Assembly: GCA_039799905.1 (NCBI GenBank)
Contig: JBDLRP010000022.1
Location: forward strand, 1 to 26,942
DNA: 26,942 nt
Direction: 5' to 3'
DNA from: Pseudomonadota bacterium
GTDB lineage: Bacteria; Bdellovibrionota_B; Oligoflexia; Silvanigrellales; Silvanigrellaceae
The notes below the pieces were generated by a model, which did not search any database, had not been told where the DNA came from, and saw nothing but the letters and a program-made list of their open reading frames with translations. Made by a program: the position numbers and the translations under genes. Of this stretch, positions 1 to 8,813 are shown piece after piece; positions within the stretch are counted from its first letter, which is position 1; the number at the start of each line of letters is the position of its first letter.

Positions 1-263
1 GCGCGCACTTCTTCATAGGGACTGCCGGCGCGGGTCCGTTTGTAGACAACAATGTCGTCATCACGGATGGCCTCTGTCCAGCCCGCCGGAGCGGACGCGG
101 TTGAAATTGCCTTTGCCGCTGCCGGCGTTGTTTCCGCTGCCGGCGTTGTTTCCGCTGCCGGCGTTGTCAGCGGTGTTGGCGAAGCTGATACCACTTGGGT
201 GTGCAAAGTAAATTGCAGCACCACAGCAAGAACCGCGGAAGATTTTACGCGCACGACTGACAC
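1..263 (-). CDS. Secreted START-like lipid-binding domain protein (5' part; runs off the left edge)
   Basis: Not in the ORF track. Manual minus-strand translation from GTG 263 (or GTG 254) gives (MSV)MRVKSSAVLAVVLQFTLHTQVVSASPTPLTTPAAETTPAAETTPAAAKAISTASAPAGWTEAIRDDDIVVYKRTRAGSPYEEVR with no stop. It has a signal-peptide-like N-terminus, a T/P/A linker and a W-x5-D-x-I-x-V-Y-x-R-x3-GS-x3-E-x-R pattern typical of the start of bacterial START domains. Confidence 0.7.
   Translation of the reverse strand, partial: MSVVRVKSSAVLAVVLQFTLHTQVVSASPTPLTTPAAETTPAAETTPAAAKAISTASAPAGWTEAIRDDDIVVYKRTRAGSPYEEVR
116..167. repeat. 18-bp tandem repeat, about 2.9 copies (CCGCTGCCGGCGTTGTTT)
   Basis: Copies at 116-133, 134-151 and 152-167 (partial). 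Encodes (TTPAAE)n on the minus strand. Confidence 0.95.
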
Positions 264-266
264 CGA

Positions 267-1952
267 TCAGGTTCCCTGAACTTTCGCCCACGTGTCACGC
301 AAGGTGATGATGCGGTTGAAGACAGCCTTGCCGGACTGACTACTGTCTTTGTCCAGACTAAAATATCCGACCCGTTCAAACTGATAACGGCTCATCGGAG
401 CCACCGACTTCAGCGCGGACTCAACGTAACAGGTGTCGGCAATTTCAAGGCTCTGCGGATTGAGTTTGGCTTTCCAGTCATCGATGTCGGCAGGGTTTGG
501 CACAGTAAACAAACGGTCGTAGAGCCGTGCCGTCGCGACGAAAGAGTGCTTGGCACTGACCCAGTGGATGGTTCCTTTGACCTTGCGGTTCGAACCCGCC
601 ATTCCCGTGCGCGTTTCCGGATCGAGAGTGCAATGCAGTGCAGTAACCTGACCTGCGGCATTCTTGATCACCTCTTCACATTTGATAATGCCGACATGAC
701 GGAGTCGCACCTCGCCTCCGACAACAAGTCGATGGAAGCCCTTTGGAGGCACCTCCATGAAATCGTCCTGTTCGATATAAACTTCCCGCGAGAAACCAAC
801 TTTGCGTGACCCCATCTCGGGTTTTTTGGGATGCCAAGCGCAGTCAATCCATTCCTCATGGTTTTCTGGAATGTTGGTGAGGACTACTTTTAGTGGCCGA
901 ACAACCGCCATGGCGCGCGCGCAGTTTTCGTCCAAATCCTCGCGCACGGTTGTTTCAAACAAACCAATCTCGATGGTGGTGTTCTTTTTGGTGACACCCA
1001 CGCGCTCGGCGAAGTTGCGGATGGCTTCGGGCGTGATGCCGCGCCGGCGGATACCGGAAATCGTCGGCATGCGCGGATCGTCCCAACCATCGACATGCTT
1101 GCCCTCAACCAACTCCAGCAGGCGGCGCTTGCTCATCATTGTGAACTCGAGATTCAAGCGCGCGAATTCAATCTGCTGCGGATGACAGGGTGTCTTGAGT
1201 GTCTCAAGAATCCAGTCGTAGAGCGGACGGTGGTCTTCAAATTCAAGCGTACAGATCGAATGAGTGATGCCTTCAATCATATCTGACAAACAATGCGCGT
1301 AATCGTACATCGGATAAATGCACCATTGATCTTTGGTGCGCTGGTGATGCGCGCGGCGAATACGGTAGATGACCGGATCCCGCAAATTGATATTTGAAGA
1401 ATTCATATCAATTTTGAGCCGGAGGGTTTTGCTGTTGTCGGGATACTCGCCGTTCTTCATGGCGGCGAACAATTTGAGGTTCTCTTCTACGCTGCGGCTG
1501 CGGTATGGACTTTCCTTGCCAGACTGAGTCAGTGTGCCACGGTATTCGCGCATTTGTTCAGCGCTGAGCTCACAAACGTATGCCTTGCCGAGCTTAATCA
1601 GCTCAACCGCGAAATCGTGCAGTTGCTGAAAGTAGTCGGAGGCGTGAAAGAATTTTTCCTTCCAGTCGAAGCCCAGCCAGCGGACATCCGCCATGATGGC
1701 ATCAACATATTCCTGCTCTTCTTTGGTCGGGTTGGTATCATCCATGCGCAGATGACAGATGCCCGCGTAGTCGCGCGCCAGACCAAAATTCAAACAAATC
1801 GACTTTGCATGGCCCAGGTGCAGGTAGCCATTGGGTTCAGGCGGAAAGCGCGTCACGACGCGCCCCTGATTTTTGCCTTTGGCGCGATCCTCATCAATGA
1901 TCTGGCGGATAAAATTGGAAGGCTTGGCTGTATCAGTAGTTTCTGTGGTCAT
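267..1952 (-). CDS. glnS: Glutamine--tRNA ligase
   Basis: NFIRQII start, TRFPPEPNGYLHLGHAKSI (HIGH-type motif), DDTNP, YPMYDYAH, THSICTLEFEDHRPLYDW, MSKR, GWDDPRMPTI, KVKGTIHWVS, YQFERVGYF. Confidence 0.98.
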   Translation of the reverse strand: MTTETTDTAKPSNFIRQIIDEDRAKGKNQGRVVTRFPPEPNGYLHLGHAKSICLNFGLARDYAGICHLRMDDTNPTKEEQEYVDAIMADVRWLGFDWKEKFFHASDYFQQLHDFAVELIKLGKAYVCELSAEQMREYRGTLTQSGKESPYRSRSVEENLKLFAAMKNGEYPDNSKTLRLKIDMNSSNINLRDPVIYRIRRAHHQRTKDQWCIYPMYDYAHCLSDMIEGITHSICTLEFEDHRPLYDWILETLKTPCHPQQIEFARLNLEFTMMSKRRLLELVEGKHVDGWDDPRMPTISGIRRRGITPEAIRNFAERVGVTKKNTTIEIGLFETTVREDLDENCARAMAVVRPLKVVLTNIPENHEEWIDCAWHPKKPEMGSRKVGFSREVYIEQDDFMEVPPKGFHRLVVGGEVRLRHVGIIKCEEVIKNAAGQVTALHCTLDPETRTGMAGSNRKVKGTIHWVSAKHSFVATARLYDRLFTVPNPADIDDWKAKLNPQSLEIADTCYVESALKSVAPMSRYQFERVGYFSLDKDSSQSGKAVFNRIITLRDTWAKVQGT

Positions 1953-2102
1953 AGTGCCTGCTTAATTATTATGCAAAGGAATTTTGTTCCGCAAACGCGG
2001 TGCATGCGTGTCAATATCTGGTAGTCTTCAGCACCGATCAAGTCACAGGTGTCTGTTTTTCGTAAAGAGAACAGAAATGGTTTTCAGGAGTCACCTCACA
2101 GA

Positions 2103-2654
2103 ATGAGTGTCACTTTAATTCTGCTGGCTGTCGTTCCGCTCATTGCCTTTGCCATCGCCGACGCAGTGGCCGGACTCAAGACTGGAGTCTTCACTGCCAT
2201 CACCCTCTCATTGCTTTTATTTGCAGCGAACTGGTATCTATTGGGCTTCTTTGACCCGACAAGTCTTATTGAACCGGTGTTTTTCATTATCCTCGGATTC
2301 GCGTCGCTGCGCGTAAAAAACAGCCTTTATTTTAAGTTTCAGCCCGTCGTTGTGAATGTACTGACTGCGCTGCTCCTTGCGGGCTTTCAGATTGCCGGTC
2401 AACCCTTGTTGGTCAAATGGGCTCCTGCCATGGATAAGGTTATGCCACCCGAAATGCAGGGGGTCCTTCTGAATCCTCAAGTTCAGGTCAAACTCTCACA
2501 GATTTCCCATGTGTTGATATACGTTCTGCTCGTGCATGCGCTTTGGGTGGGATACGTCGCGCTCAAAAAAAGCAACTGGGCTTGGGTCACGGCGCGCCTG
2601 TTGGGCTATCCGCTGCTACTGGGAGCTGTGGTTTTGGTGATGCTCATACCCTAG
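2103..2654 (+). CDS. YciB/IspZ-like (intracellular septation protein A family) inner-membrane protein
   Basis: About 5-6 hydrophobic segments. PLIAF near the N-terminus and FKFQPVVVN resemble YciB F(I)KxKPT. AGGAG at 2086-2090 favours ATG 2103 over GTG 2049. Confidence 0.6.
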   Translation: MSVTLILLAVVPLIAFAIADAVAGLKTGVFTAITLSLLLFAANWYLLGFFDPTSLIEPVFFIILGFASLRVKNSLYFKFQPVVVNVLTALLLAGFQIAGQPLLVKWAPAMDKVMPPEMQGVLLNPQVQVKLSQISHVLIYVLLVHALWVGYVALKKSNWAWVTARLLGYPLLLGAVVLVMLIP

Positions 2655-2711
2655 TCTTGCGGTTTGGCCGCCATCGGCTATTCTGCGCGGCACTGTTTTG
2701 CGGAGAAACTC

Positions 2712-3269
2712 ATGGAAATTCAGACAACCCCGATCGCCGGGCTGCTCATCTTCAAGCCAAAAATCTTTGGTGATGCGCGCGGCTTTTTTCTCGAAACTTA
2801 TAACCAGCAACGCTATCGGGACGCCGGATTGTCTGAGACTTTCGTGCAGGACAATTTATCATTCTCGCAGCGCGGTGTCCTGCGCGGACTTCATTTTCAG
2901 AAACCCCACACACAGGGAAAACTCGTCAGTGTCGTGCAGGGACAGGTTTGGGATGTGGCCGTTGACTTGCGCAAAAACTCACCGACATTTGGCCGGTGGT
3001 ACGGGCTTTATTTAGACGCTGAAAGCAAGACTCAGTTCTATGTACCTGCAGGTTTTGCGCATGGCTTTGTGGTCACGAGCGAAACAGCGCTCTTCAGCTA
3101 CAAGTGCACCGACACCTACCACCCTGAGTGTGAGTCGTCGCTCTTGTGGAACGACCCTGAAGTCGGAATCCGCTGGCCTGACCTTGAAGGCCACGGCAGT
3201 CCTCAACTCTCGGTCAAGGACGCACAGGCGCCAAGGCTGCGCGACATTCCAACCGACAGGTTGTTTTGA
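2712..3269 (+). CDS. rfbC: dTDP-4-dehydrorhamnose 3,5-epimerase
   Basis: FGDARGFFLETY, FVQDNLSFS, GVLRGLHFQ, QGKLV, DVAVDLRKNSPTFG, GFAHGF, YKC, WNDPEVGIRWP, LSVKD. GGAG RBS before ATG 2712. Confidence 0.97.
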   Translation: MEIQTTPIAGLLIFKPKIFGDARGFFLETYNQQRYRDAGLSETFVQDNLSFSQRGVLRGLHFQKPHTQGKLVSVVQGQVWDVAVDLRKNSPTFGRWYGLYLDAESKTQFYVPAGFAHGFVVTSETALFSYKCTDTYHPECESSLLWNDPEVGIRWPDLEGHGSPQLSVKDAQAPRLRDIPTDRLF

Positions 3270-3281
3270 AGTTCAGGGAAT

Positions 3282-4013
3282 TCATTCTTCCACGGCTACC
3301 TGACTCTTGGTCCGCAAACGCAGCACCAACTGCTGCGCCTGAGCTGTGAACAGAGCATGCGGGGCACGCAATTCGGCGACTTGCTGCTTTATTCGGGAGT
3401 TATTGCGGACCACCATTTGCTCCATGTTGCGCGGAATAGACCTGCGCAGGTCTGCCCAGATCAGATCGCAGGCCTCGGTGTTTTTGATCTTCAAAACAGC
3501 TTGCGCAAATGGAACGAAATTTTTCACCGCCTGCTCAGACTGACCGACAATCGAGTTGGAGAGCGAGTTAAAATTTTTCTGCATTTTACTATACTCGCGC
3601 AAACTCTTTTCAAACTGTGCAAGATTCTGATTCGCACGCGGTCCGGACGGCTGCTGATTGAGAAGTTTACCGAGCCTGATGAGCTCCTGCTGCAACTGGG
3701 CCATCTTTTGTGATTCAGCGTTCAATTGCGCTTCGTCTTTGACCGAGCGCGCAGGTCCGGCATGCCCCGCCAAACCGAGTTGATCCAAACGCGCCAACTC
3801 CGGCGCAATGATCTCTTCGATGTCCTTTCGGCAGGATTTTTTGTCTGAATCGATTTTCTCCATCTTTAGTATGTAGGCGGAGCGCAGAGTGGCGCCCTCG
3901 TCGGCAGAACCCATCACTCTATCACCGCGTGCCCACGCCGTCTGAGGAACCAAGCCGGTCAACACAGCCGAGACTCCAAGAACCAAACGAACTGGGCGAT
4001 TTTGCAGAACCAT
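3282..4013 (-). CDS. Hypothetical secreted, mainly alpha-helical/coiled-coil protein
   Basis: GGAGG RBS before ATG 4013. Signal peptide ending TAWA; Q/E/K/L-rich helical body. Confidence 0.7.
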   Translation of the reverse strand: MVLQNRPVRLVLGVSAVLTGLVPQTAWARGDRVMGSADEGATLRSAYILKMEKIDSDKKSCRKDIEEIIAPELARLDQLGLAGHAGPARSVKDEAQLNAESQKMAQLQQELIRLGKLLNQQPSGPRANQNLAQFEKSLREYSKMQKNFNSLSNSIVGQSEQAVKNFVPFAQAVLKIKNTEACDLIWADLRRSIPRNMEQMVVRNNSRIKQQVAELRAPHALFTAQAQQLVLRLRTKSQVAVEE

Positions 4014-4300
4014 GGCGTCCTCCCGAATGCTACGAACACGACGTGTCCACTGGTTCAACGAAAAGCAAATCGGATGCCAGCGCGAGGGAACCTGAACATT
4101 GCTGATTTGATGGGCTAAAAACAGATCCAGCAATTCAAACGGATCGATATTGGGCAAAAATCAGTGGCAAATGTCGAAGGAATAGACATTTTAGTTGAAC
4201 AGTCAAAATACCAACTCCGAAAGATTTACCTGTCTCCAGCCTCGCTGCATCTTGGTTGACGAGCCAACCGAAGAACACAGTCCGTCATTGGAGGTTCCGC

Positions 4301-5197
4301 ATGTCCGTTTCGACCCGTCTGTTATCCGCATCGCTTCTTGCCGTTTCGCTGAACGCCCAGGCGTCGATTCTCCCTCCCAATGACCTTCATCTCGAAGACA
4401 ACCTCGAGATGATTGCAAACATGACTGAGCAAGAATTCAAAGACATCATCGAAGGCATCGTCGGCAAATACCGTGAACCCGCCGCCAAACAAGGTGCAAA
4501 CCTGAAGGTGAATGCGATGTGGACGAATGCAACGGTCAACGCTTCAGCGCAACAGATGGGCAACAGCTGGATCATTAATATGTACGGCGGACTCGCCCGT
4601 CGTGACGAAGTGACACCCGACGGATTCGCAATGGTCGTCTGCCATGAACTGGGTCACCATTTTGCCGGTTTCTCTTTCAAAGGTAACACATGGGCCGCCA
4701 ACGAAGGACAGTCCGACTACTTCGCGACCCACGCTTGTGCACGCCGTGCCTGGGGCGAGCAAAAAGATATCAACGCACAGTTCCGCGCAACGGTCGGTGA
4801 ATTCGAAAAATCCCGCTGCGACGAGGCCTACACAGAACAAGCAGACCGCGACCTGTGCTACCGCACCACTGCTGCAGGAAAGTCGCTCGCACTTTTGCTC
4901 TCCAAGCTGGGCAACAGCGCGGAGCCGAGTTTTGAGACTCCCGATGCCAAAAAAGTTTCGCGCACCAATGATAATCACCCTGCAGCACAGTGCCGCCTCG
5001 ACACCTATTTTCAAGCGGCTCTCTGCGGCAAGCCGTTTGATGCGATGCTGATTCCAGGCAAAAAAGTCAGCGGAGGCCGCAACAGCCTCGCTGCTGAAAA
5101 GGAATCGGCAAGTTATACCTGCACGGAACTTGACGGAAAGTCATTTGGCCTGCGTCCGACATGCTGGCACCGGTCACGTTTGACGTTGAAAAACTAA
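4301..5197 (+). CDS. Secreted Cys-rich zinc metalloprotease (gluzincin-type)
   Basis: GGAGG RBS, signal peptide ending AQA, VNASA strand, VVCHELGHH (HExxH) followed by NEGQSD, several Cys. Confidence 0.8.
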   Translation: MSVSTRLLSASLLAVSLNAQASILPPNDLHLEDNLEMIANMTEQEFKDIIEGIVGKYREPAAKQGANLKVNAMWTNATVNASAQQMGNSWIINMYGGLARRDEVTPDGFAMVVCHELGHHFAGFSFKGNTWAANEGQSDYFATHACARRAWGEQKDINAQFRATVGEFEKSRCDEAYTEQADRDLCYRTTAAGKSLALLLSKLGNSAEPSFETPDAKKVSRTNDNHPAAQCRLDTYFQAALCGKPFDAMLIPGKKVSGGRNSLAAEKESASYTCTELDGKSFGLRPTCWHRSRLTLKN

Positions 5198-5225
5198 TCG
5201 AAGTCGCGGACACTTGTAGACAAGG

Positions 5226-5265
5226 AACCGTCGCAGGCGGAATTTCCGCTGCGATGGTTTTTTTT
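5226..5265 (+). terminator. Rho-independent terminator
   Basis: Long hairpin ACCGTCGCAG-GCGGA...TCCGC-TGCGATGGT ending in a run of 8 T, about 30 nt after the protease stop codon. Confidence 0.85.
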
Positions 5266-5279
5266 ATGAGGTGAACCGG

Positions 5280-6218
5280 ATGCGAGCCCTGCTCTTCTTA
5301 CCTGATTTCCCAAAAGCAAATAAGAATGATTTGAATGTCGTGATCCGCTCGTCGGGAATTTCTTTGGTGGAATGCGACACCGAGGAAGAAGTTTTCAATC
5401 GGATGAACGAACCCGGCATTTCGCTGCGCCGGAGCCTGTTGATCACCGACGAGACACACAACGATCTGGTTGAAAAATTCAGCCAGACTTATCCCAACTG
5501 CCTCATCATTCTTACGATCAGATCATCCATCGGCGATTTGCCCACAAACCTGCGCGATTGCCTGCCGGTGCAATGCTTCGTCGCGTCAAACAACAACGAA
5601 TTCGAGCCACGTGACCTGCAGACAATCATCCGAAAATTCCAGACCTGCGATGTTTTTGGTTTAGAAAAGTACATCAAGGGATCTTGCGAGATCTTCCGGC
5701 AGGACATTGCCAATCATCAAGACAAACTGAACACCATCCAACGGGTCGGCGATTTTGTCAGTTACCTTGGCGGCAACATCGAAAACAACCGTTTTCATGA
5801 GTACTCACGGCGCATCTCGGAAATGATGGACGAGCTGATCTTGAATGCCGTCTTCGACGCCAATCACCGCTACAAGGGCCAGCCGCACCGAACCGACTTC
5901 AATCTTGATTTGACGGATCTCGTGACCGTCCGCTGGGCTTTTGACGGCGAACAGTTTGGGCTTTCCGTGACTGACAGATTCGGACGCCTTAAAAAAGAGA
6001 CCATCCTTCGTTATCTGGATACGACCTTGGACTTGGGCGACGTTGAAGGCCGCAAGAGCGGCGGACTTGGAATCAAGTTTGTATTTGAGCGTCTGCACCA
6101 ATTTGTCGTCAATGTGCATTCGGACCTGATGACTGAAGTCATCTGTCTGTTGAGATTCGAACGCCGGCTCAAGGATTTCGACGCCCGCCCGCGATCCTTT
6201 CACTACTTCTCAATCTGA
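5280..6218 (+). CDS. Degenerate receiver-like domain fused to a histidine-kinase-like ATPase (RsbW/SpoIIAB-type HATPase) domain
   Basis: N-box DELILNAV, altered G1 box VTDRFG, G2 box SGGLGI and terminal TEV strand; no obvious H-box. N-terminal alpha/beta region with LLITDE. GAGG precedes ATG 5280 (alternative start GTG 5271). Confidence 0.7.
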   Translation: MRALLFLPDFPKANKNDLNVVIRSSGISLVECDTEEEVFNRMNEPGISLRRSLLITDETHNDLVEKFSQTYPNCLIILTIRSSIGDLPTNLRDCLPVQCFVASNNNEFEPRDLQTIIRKFQTCDVFGLEKYIKGSCEIFRQDIANHQDKLNTIQRVGDFVSYLGGNIENNRFHEYSRRISEMMDELILNAVFDANHRYKGQPHRTDFNLDLTDLVTVRWAFDGEQFGLSVTDRFGRLKKETILRYLDTTLDLGDVEGRKSGGLGIKFVFERLHQFVVNVHSDLMTEVICLLRFERRLKDFDARPRSFHYFSI

Positions 6219-6225
6219 ATGCTTT

Positions 6226-6993
6226 TTACGGGATGGGCTCAATCACAGGCTTGAGTCCGTCCTCTGAGTTGGATCTCGGTTTGGTGAGATTTTTGCATTT
6301 GCATTTATCGTTACATTCCATCTTATAAAAAACGATGTTGTCGGGCTCGCGGAAAAACGCGGGCGCACGATCATCTGCTTTGGGAACTTCAGATGGGCCG
6401 CGCAGATTGCTGCTGTCAGGGGCCGGACTCTCGACCACCTCCGTACGGTCGCCGATTTTGTAGGTGAAATTGAGGATCACCCACCCTTCAGCTTCGTTGT
6501 AAACGGTAAAGTAACCTCGTGCATATCCTGCGCACTGCGCGTCTGCTTCCAGCGTTTTTCGGCACGCCGGATCAATCTTGACTGAGCACCAGACGGCCTC
6601 GGGAACGACGTAACTGAGACGACGCCCATTGGCCGATGAAAAAGGCGCGAATTCCGCAGACACCGAGCTTCTCGCCGGCACAACCACATTGCCTTTTTCC
6701 TTGCCCTGTCGCTTGAGGACAAACTTCTCGGCACCGCGCTTGAGACGAGCCTGATTGACGAGAATTTCGATTGGTGTGGCGGTCAGATTCTCAAATTTTG
6801 CACTCACCGATTCGCAGCGGGCGCCGCAATTGTGGTCAATTTCAACCTTAAGCTGCCCGTCACCAAACGAGGTTCCTGCCTGCGGCAGAGTTGACCCCGA
6901 AGAGCGAACGCCAGAGGAAAGACAGGCAGGCAAGCACGAGACCGAAAAAAGTAACAAAAAAATCTGGAGAGAATGGCGCGCATTCAAACGCAT
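6226..6993 (-). CDS. Hypothetical Cys-rich lipoprotein
   Basis: GAGGAG RBS, hydrophobic N-terminus with SVSC/LPAC lipobox-like Cys, beta-rich body (AKFENLTATPIEI), multiple Cys. Confidence 0.7.
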   Translation of the reverse strand: MRLNARHSLQIFLLLFSVSCLPACLSSGVRSSGSTLPQAGTSFGDGQLKVEIDHNCGARCESVSAKFENLTATPIEILVNQARLKRGAEKFVLKRQGKEKGNVVVPARSSVSAEFAPFSSANGRRLSYVVPEAVWCSVKIDPACRKTLEADAQCAGYARGYFTVYNEAEGWVILNFTYKIGDRTEVVESPAPDSSNLRGPSEVPKADDRAPAFFREPDNIVFYKMECNDKCKCKNLTKPRSNSEDGLKPVIEPIP

Positions 6994-7086
6994 GATAATA
7001 GACTCCTCGCGGCAAACTGCAGAATCTGCCGCCCTTCATGGTGACACAGAGCGCACGTGCGATGCAATCGACGGGAACGCGAGCTC

Positions 7087-7115
7087 TTGACGCTCATGCA
7101 GCGAGACTGTTCAAT
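7087..7115 (+). promoter_or_regulatory. Possible sigma-70 promoter for the STAS-kinase unit
   Basis: TTGACG-N17-TTCAAT. The -10 element lacks the conserved A, so support is weak. Confidence 0.3.
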
Positions 7116-7147
7116 CGAAATGGGTCCTACACGGCGGGAGACGCAGC

Positions 7148-7453
7148 ATGCAGGTTCAATGCAAAGAAACTTCAGACGGTTTACTTGTCACGCTCGACGG
7201 TCAGCTGGATGATACGTCAGCCAGCAGTCTACCCTCGCGTCTTTCCACTCTCTGCGAAGGTAAAAAACAAGGCAACATCCTGATTGACCTCGCCGCCTGC
7301 CACGTGGACAGCAGCCTCGGCTATGGTGCGCTGGTCGCATTCCGACTGTCACCTGCAGTATTGGGCAAACAAGTGTCTATCTGCAATGCCCTGCCCGATG
7401 TTGCCTCTGGCATGCGGGCCCTGCGGTTCGAAAAACTTTTCAAACTCATTTGA
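7148..7453 (+). CDS. STAS-domain protein (anti-sigma factor antagonist-like)
   Basis: 101 aa with VTLDGQLD, ILIDLAACHVDSSLGYGALV and terminal LRFEKLFKLI; GGGAG RBS. Confidence 0.85.
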   Translation: MQVQCKETSDGLLVTLDGQLDDTSASSLPSRLSTLCEGKKQGNILIDLAACHVDSSLGYGALVAFRLSPAVLGKQVSICNALPDVASGMRALRFEKLFKLI

Positions 7454-7466
7454 ACGGGGCTCACCC

Positions 7467-8774
7467 GTGAACAAAAACACTGATCCGCGCAAACGCGCAC
7501 TTTCGCTTCTCAGAACTCTGGGGAGCACAGCAGTACGCGCTGGCGGCGAGAAATTAAAAAGAACTCTGACCGGCACTCCGGCGGAATCGATTCTGGAAAG
7601 TGCAGCGGCATTGCGCCTTGCACAGGGGTTGGATGAACTCAAAGGCGCTGCCATGAAAATGGGCCAGATGCTCAGTCTGGCTGATGACAGTGTGATACCA
7701 AAAGCATGGCGCGACGCGCTGTCACGCCTGCAGTCCGCTGCAAGTCCGCGTCCGTGGCATGAAATCAAACCAGTTATTGAAGAGGCCCTTGACGGACGTT
7801 GGCCGTTTGCCGAAATCGATGAAATGGCTATTCATGCGGCGAGCATTGGTCAGGTGCACACCGCACGCCTCAAAGACGGTCTCAAAGTAGCAGTTAAAAT
7901 ACGTTATCCCGGCCTAGAAAACAGCGTACGTTCCGACCTTGAAAATATCCGCCGCGTGCTGCTGCTGGCCAACGTTCTGCCGGCGAAAGCAAACTACGAT
8001 GACATTTTTTCACGGGTGGAATCGATTTTTCTTCAAGAGCTCAATTTTGAGCAGGAGAAAAAATATTACCAGATCTACAAGAGTAAATTTGCAGACTCAC
8101 GCGACATCGTTATTCCGACAATCATCGATGAATTCTCGAATGAGAATATTCTCGTCAGCGAGTGGATCAACGGCTTGAGCCTGAAGGAATGGATGACGCA
8201 ACACTCAGCGCCAAATGTGAGTAGCGAACACGAGGTCACGCGTGACCGCATCGGACGCGTCATGCTCGACCTATTGTTTTTTGAAATCTTTGAAAACGGA
8301 TTTATCCAGACTGATCCCAATCCTGCCAATTTTCTCGTTACGCCGGATGGACGACTTTGTCTGTTGGACTTTGGTGCCACAGAAGAACTGAGCTCTGTGC
8401 TGATTGCGAACTACAGGGCTTTGTCCGAGGCCTGCCTGTTTGGGACAAAGGCGGATGTTCTCAATGTCGCCCGACAGATGCAGCTCATCATCGACACCGA
8501 CAATGCCGCTGCCTGTGATGCGTTCGTCCAGATGATGGCAGTCACCTGCGAACCTTTCGTACATAATTATTTCTCTTGGAAAGAGTGTTTTCTTACGCGC
8601 AAACTCAAAGACAAAATCCTCGATTTTGCAAAGGCGACACTGCTGCGGCCGCCGCCGGCCGAACTGATGTTTCTCAACCGGCGGATTCTCGGCACGCAAA
8701 TGATCATGGAAAACCTCGGACCGACAGTGCGTGCACGCGAGGTTATTCTCAGTCGTTTGGGAGTGAACAAATAA
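7467..8774 (+). CDS. ABC1/UbiB/AarF family atypical kinase (COQ8/ADCK3-like)
   Basis: LKGAAMKMGQMLS (KxGQ), AASIGQVH, VAVKIRYPG, QTDPNPANF, LLDFGA. GTG 7467 avoids overlap with the STAS gene. Confidence 0.92.
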   Translation: MNKNTDPRKRALSLLRTLGSTAVRAGGEKLKRTLTGTPAESILESAAALRLAQGLDELKGAAMKMGQMLSLADDSVIPKAWRDALSRLQSAASPRPWHEIKPVIEEALDGRWPFAEIDEMAIHAASIGQVHTARLKDGLKVAVKIRYPGLENSVRSDLENIRRVLLLANVLPAKANYDDIFSRVESIFLQELNFEQEKKYYQIYKSKFADSRDIVIPTIIDEFSNENILVSEWINGLSLKEWMTQHSAPNVSSEHEVTRDRIGRVMLDLLFFEIFENGFIQTDPNPANFLVTPDGRLCLLDFGATEELSSVLIANYRALSEACLFGTKADVLNVARQMQLIIDTDNAAACDAFVQMMAVTCEPFVHNYFSWKECFLTRKLKDKILDFAKATLLRPPPAELMFLNRRILGTQMIMENLGPTVRAREVILSRLGVNK

Positions 8775-8813
8775 AACTCGGCTGACGGAACCCCGCTGCA
8801 GCCGCGGAAAACA

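Noticed and set aside
116..167. Repeat as a CRISPR array or iterons
   Set aside because: Contiguous copies without spacers, in frame within a coding linker, and no cas genes.
52..291. Track ORFs 52..279 (+) and 61..291 (-) with AAGVVS or NNAGSG repeats
   Set aside because: Alternative readings of the 18-bp repeat; another minus-strand frame gives a coherent signal peptide plus START-like protein.
7284..7466. N-terminal extension of the ABC1 kinase overlapping the STAS gene
   Set aside because: Non-protein-like sequence overlapping a clear gene; GTG 7467 is the more plausible start.
8775..8813. CGGCTG/CAGCCG hairpin between the convergent kinase and dapD genes
   Set aside because: Short, irregular stem and poor T tracts; not supportable as a terminator.
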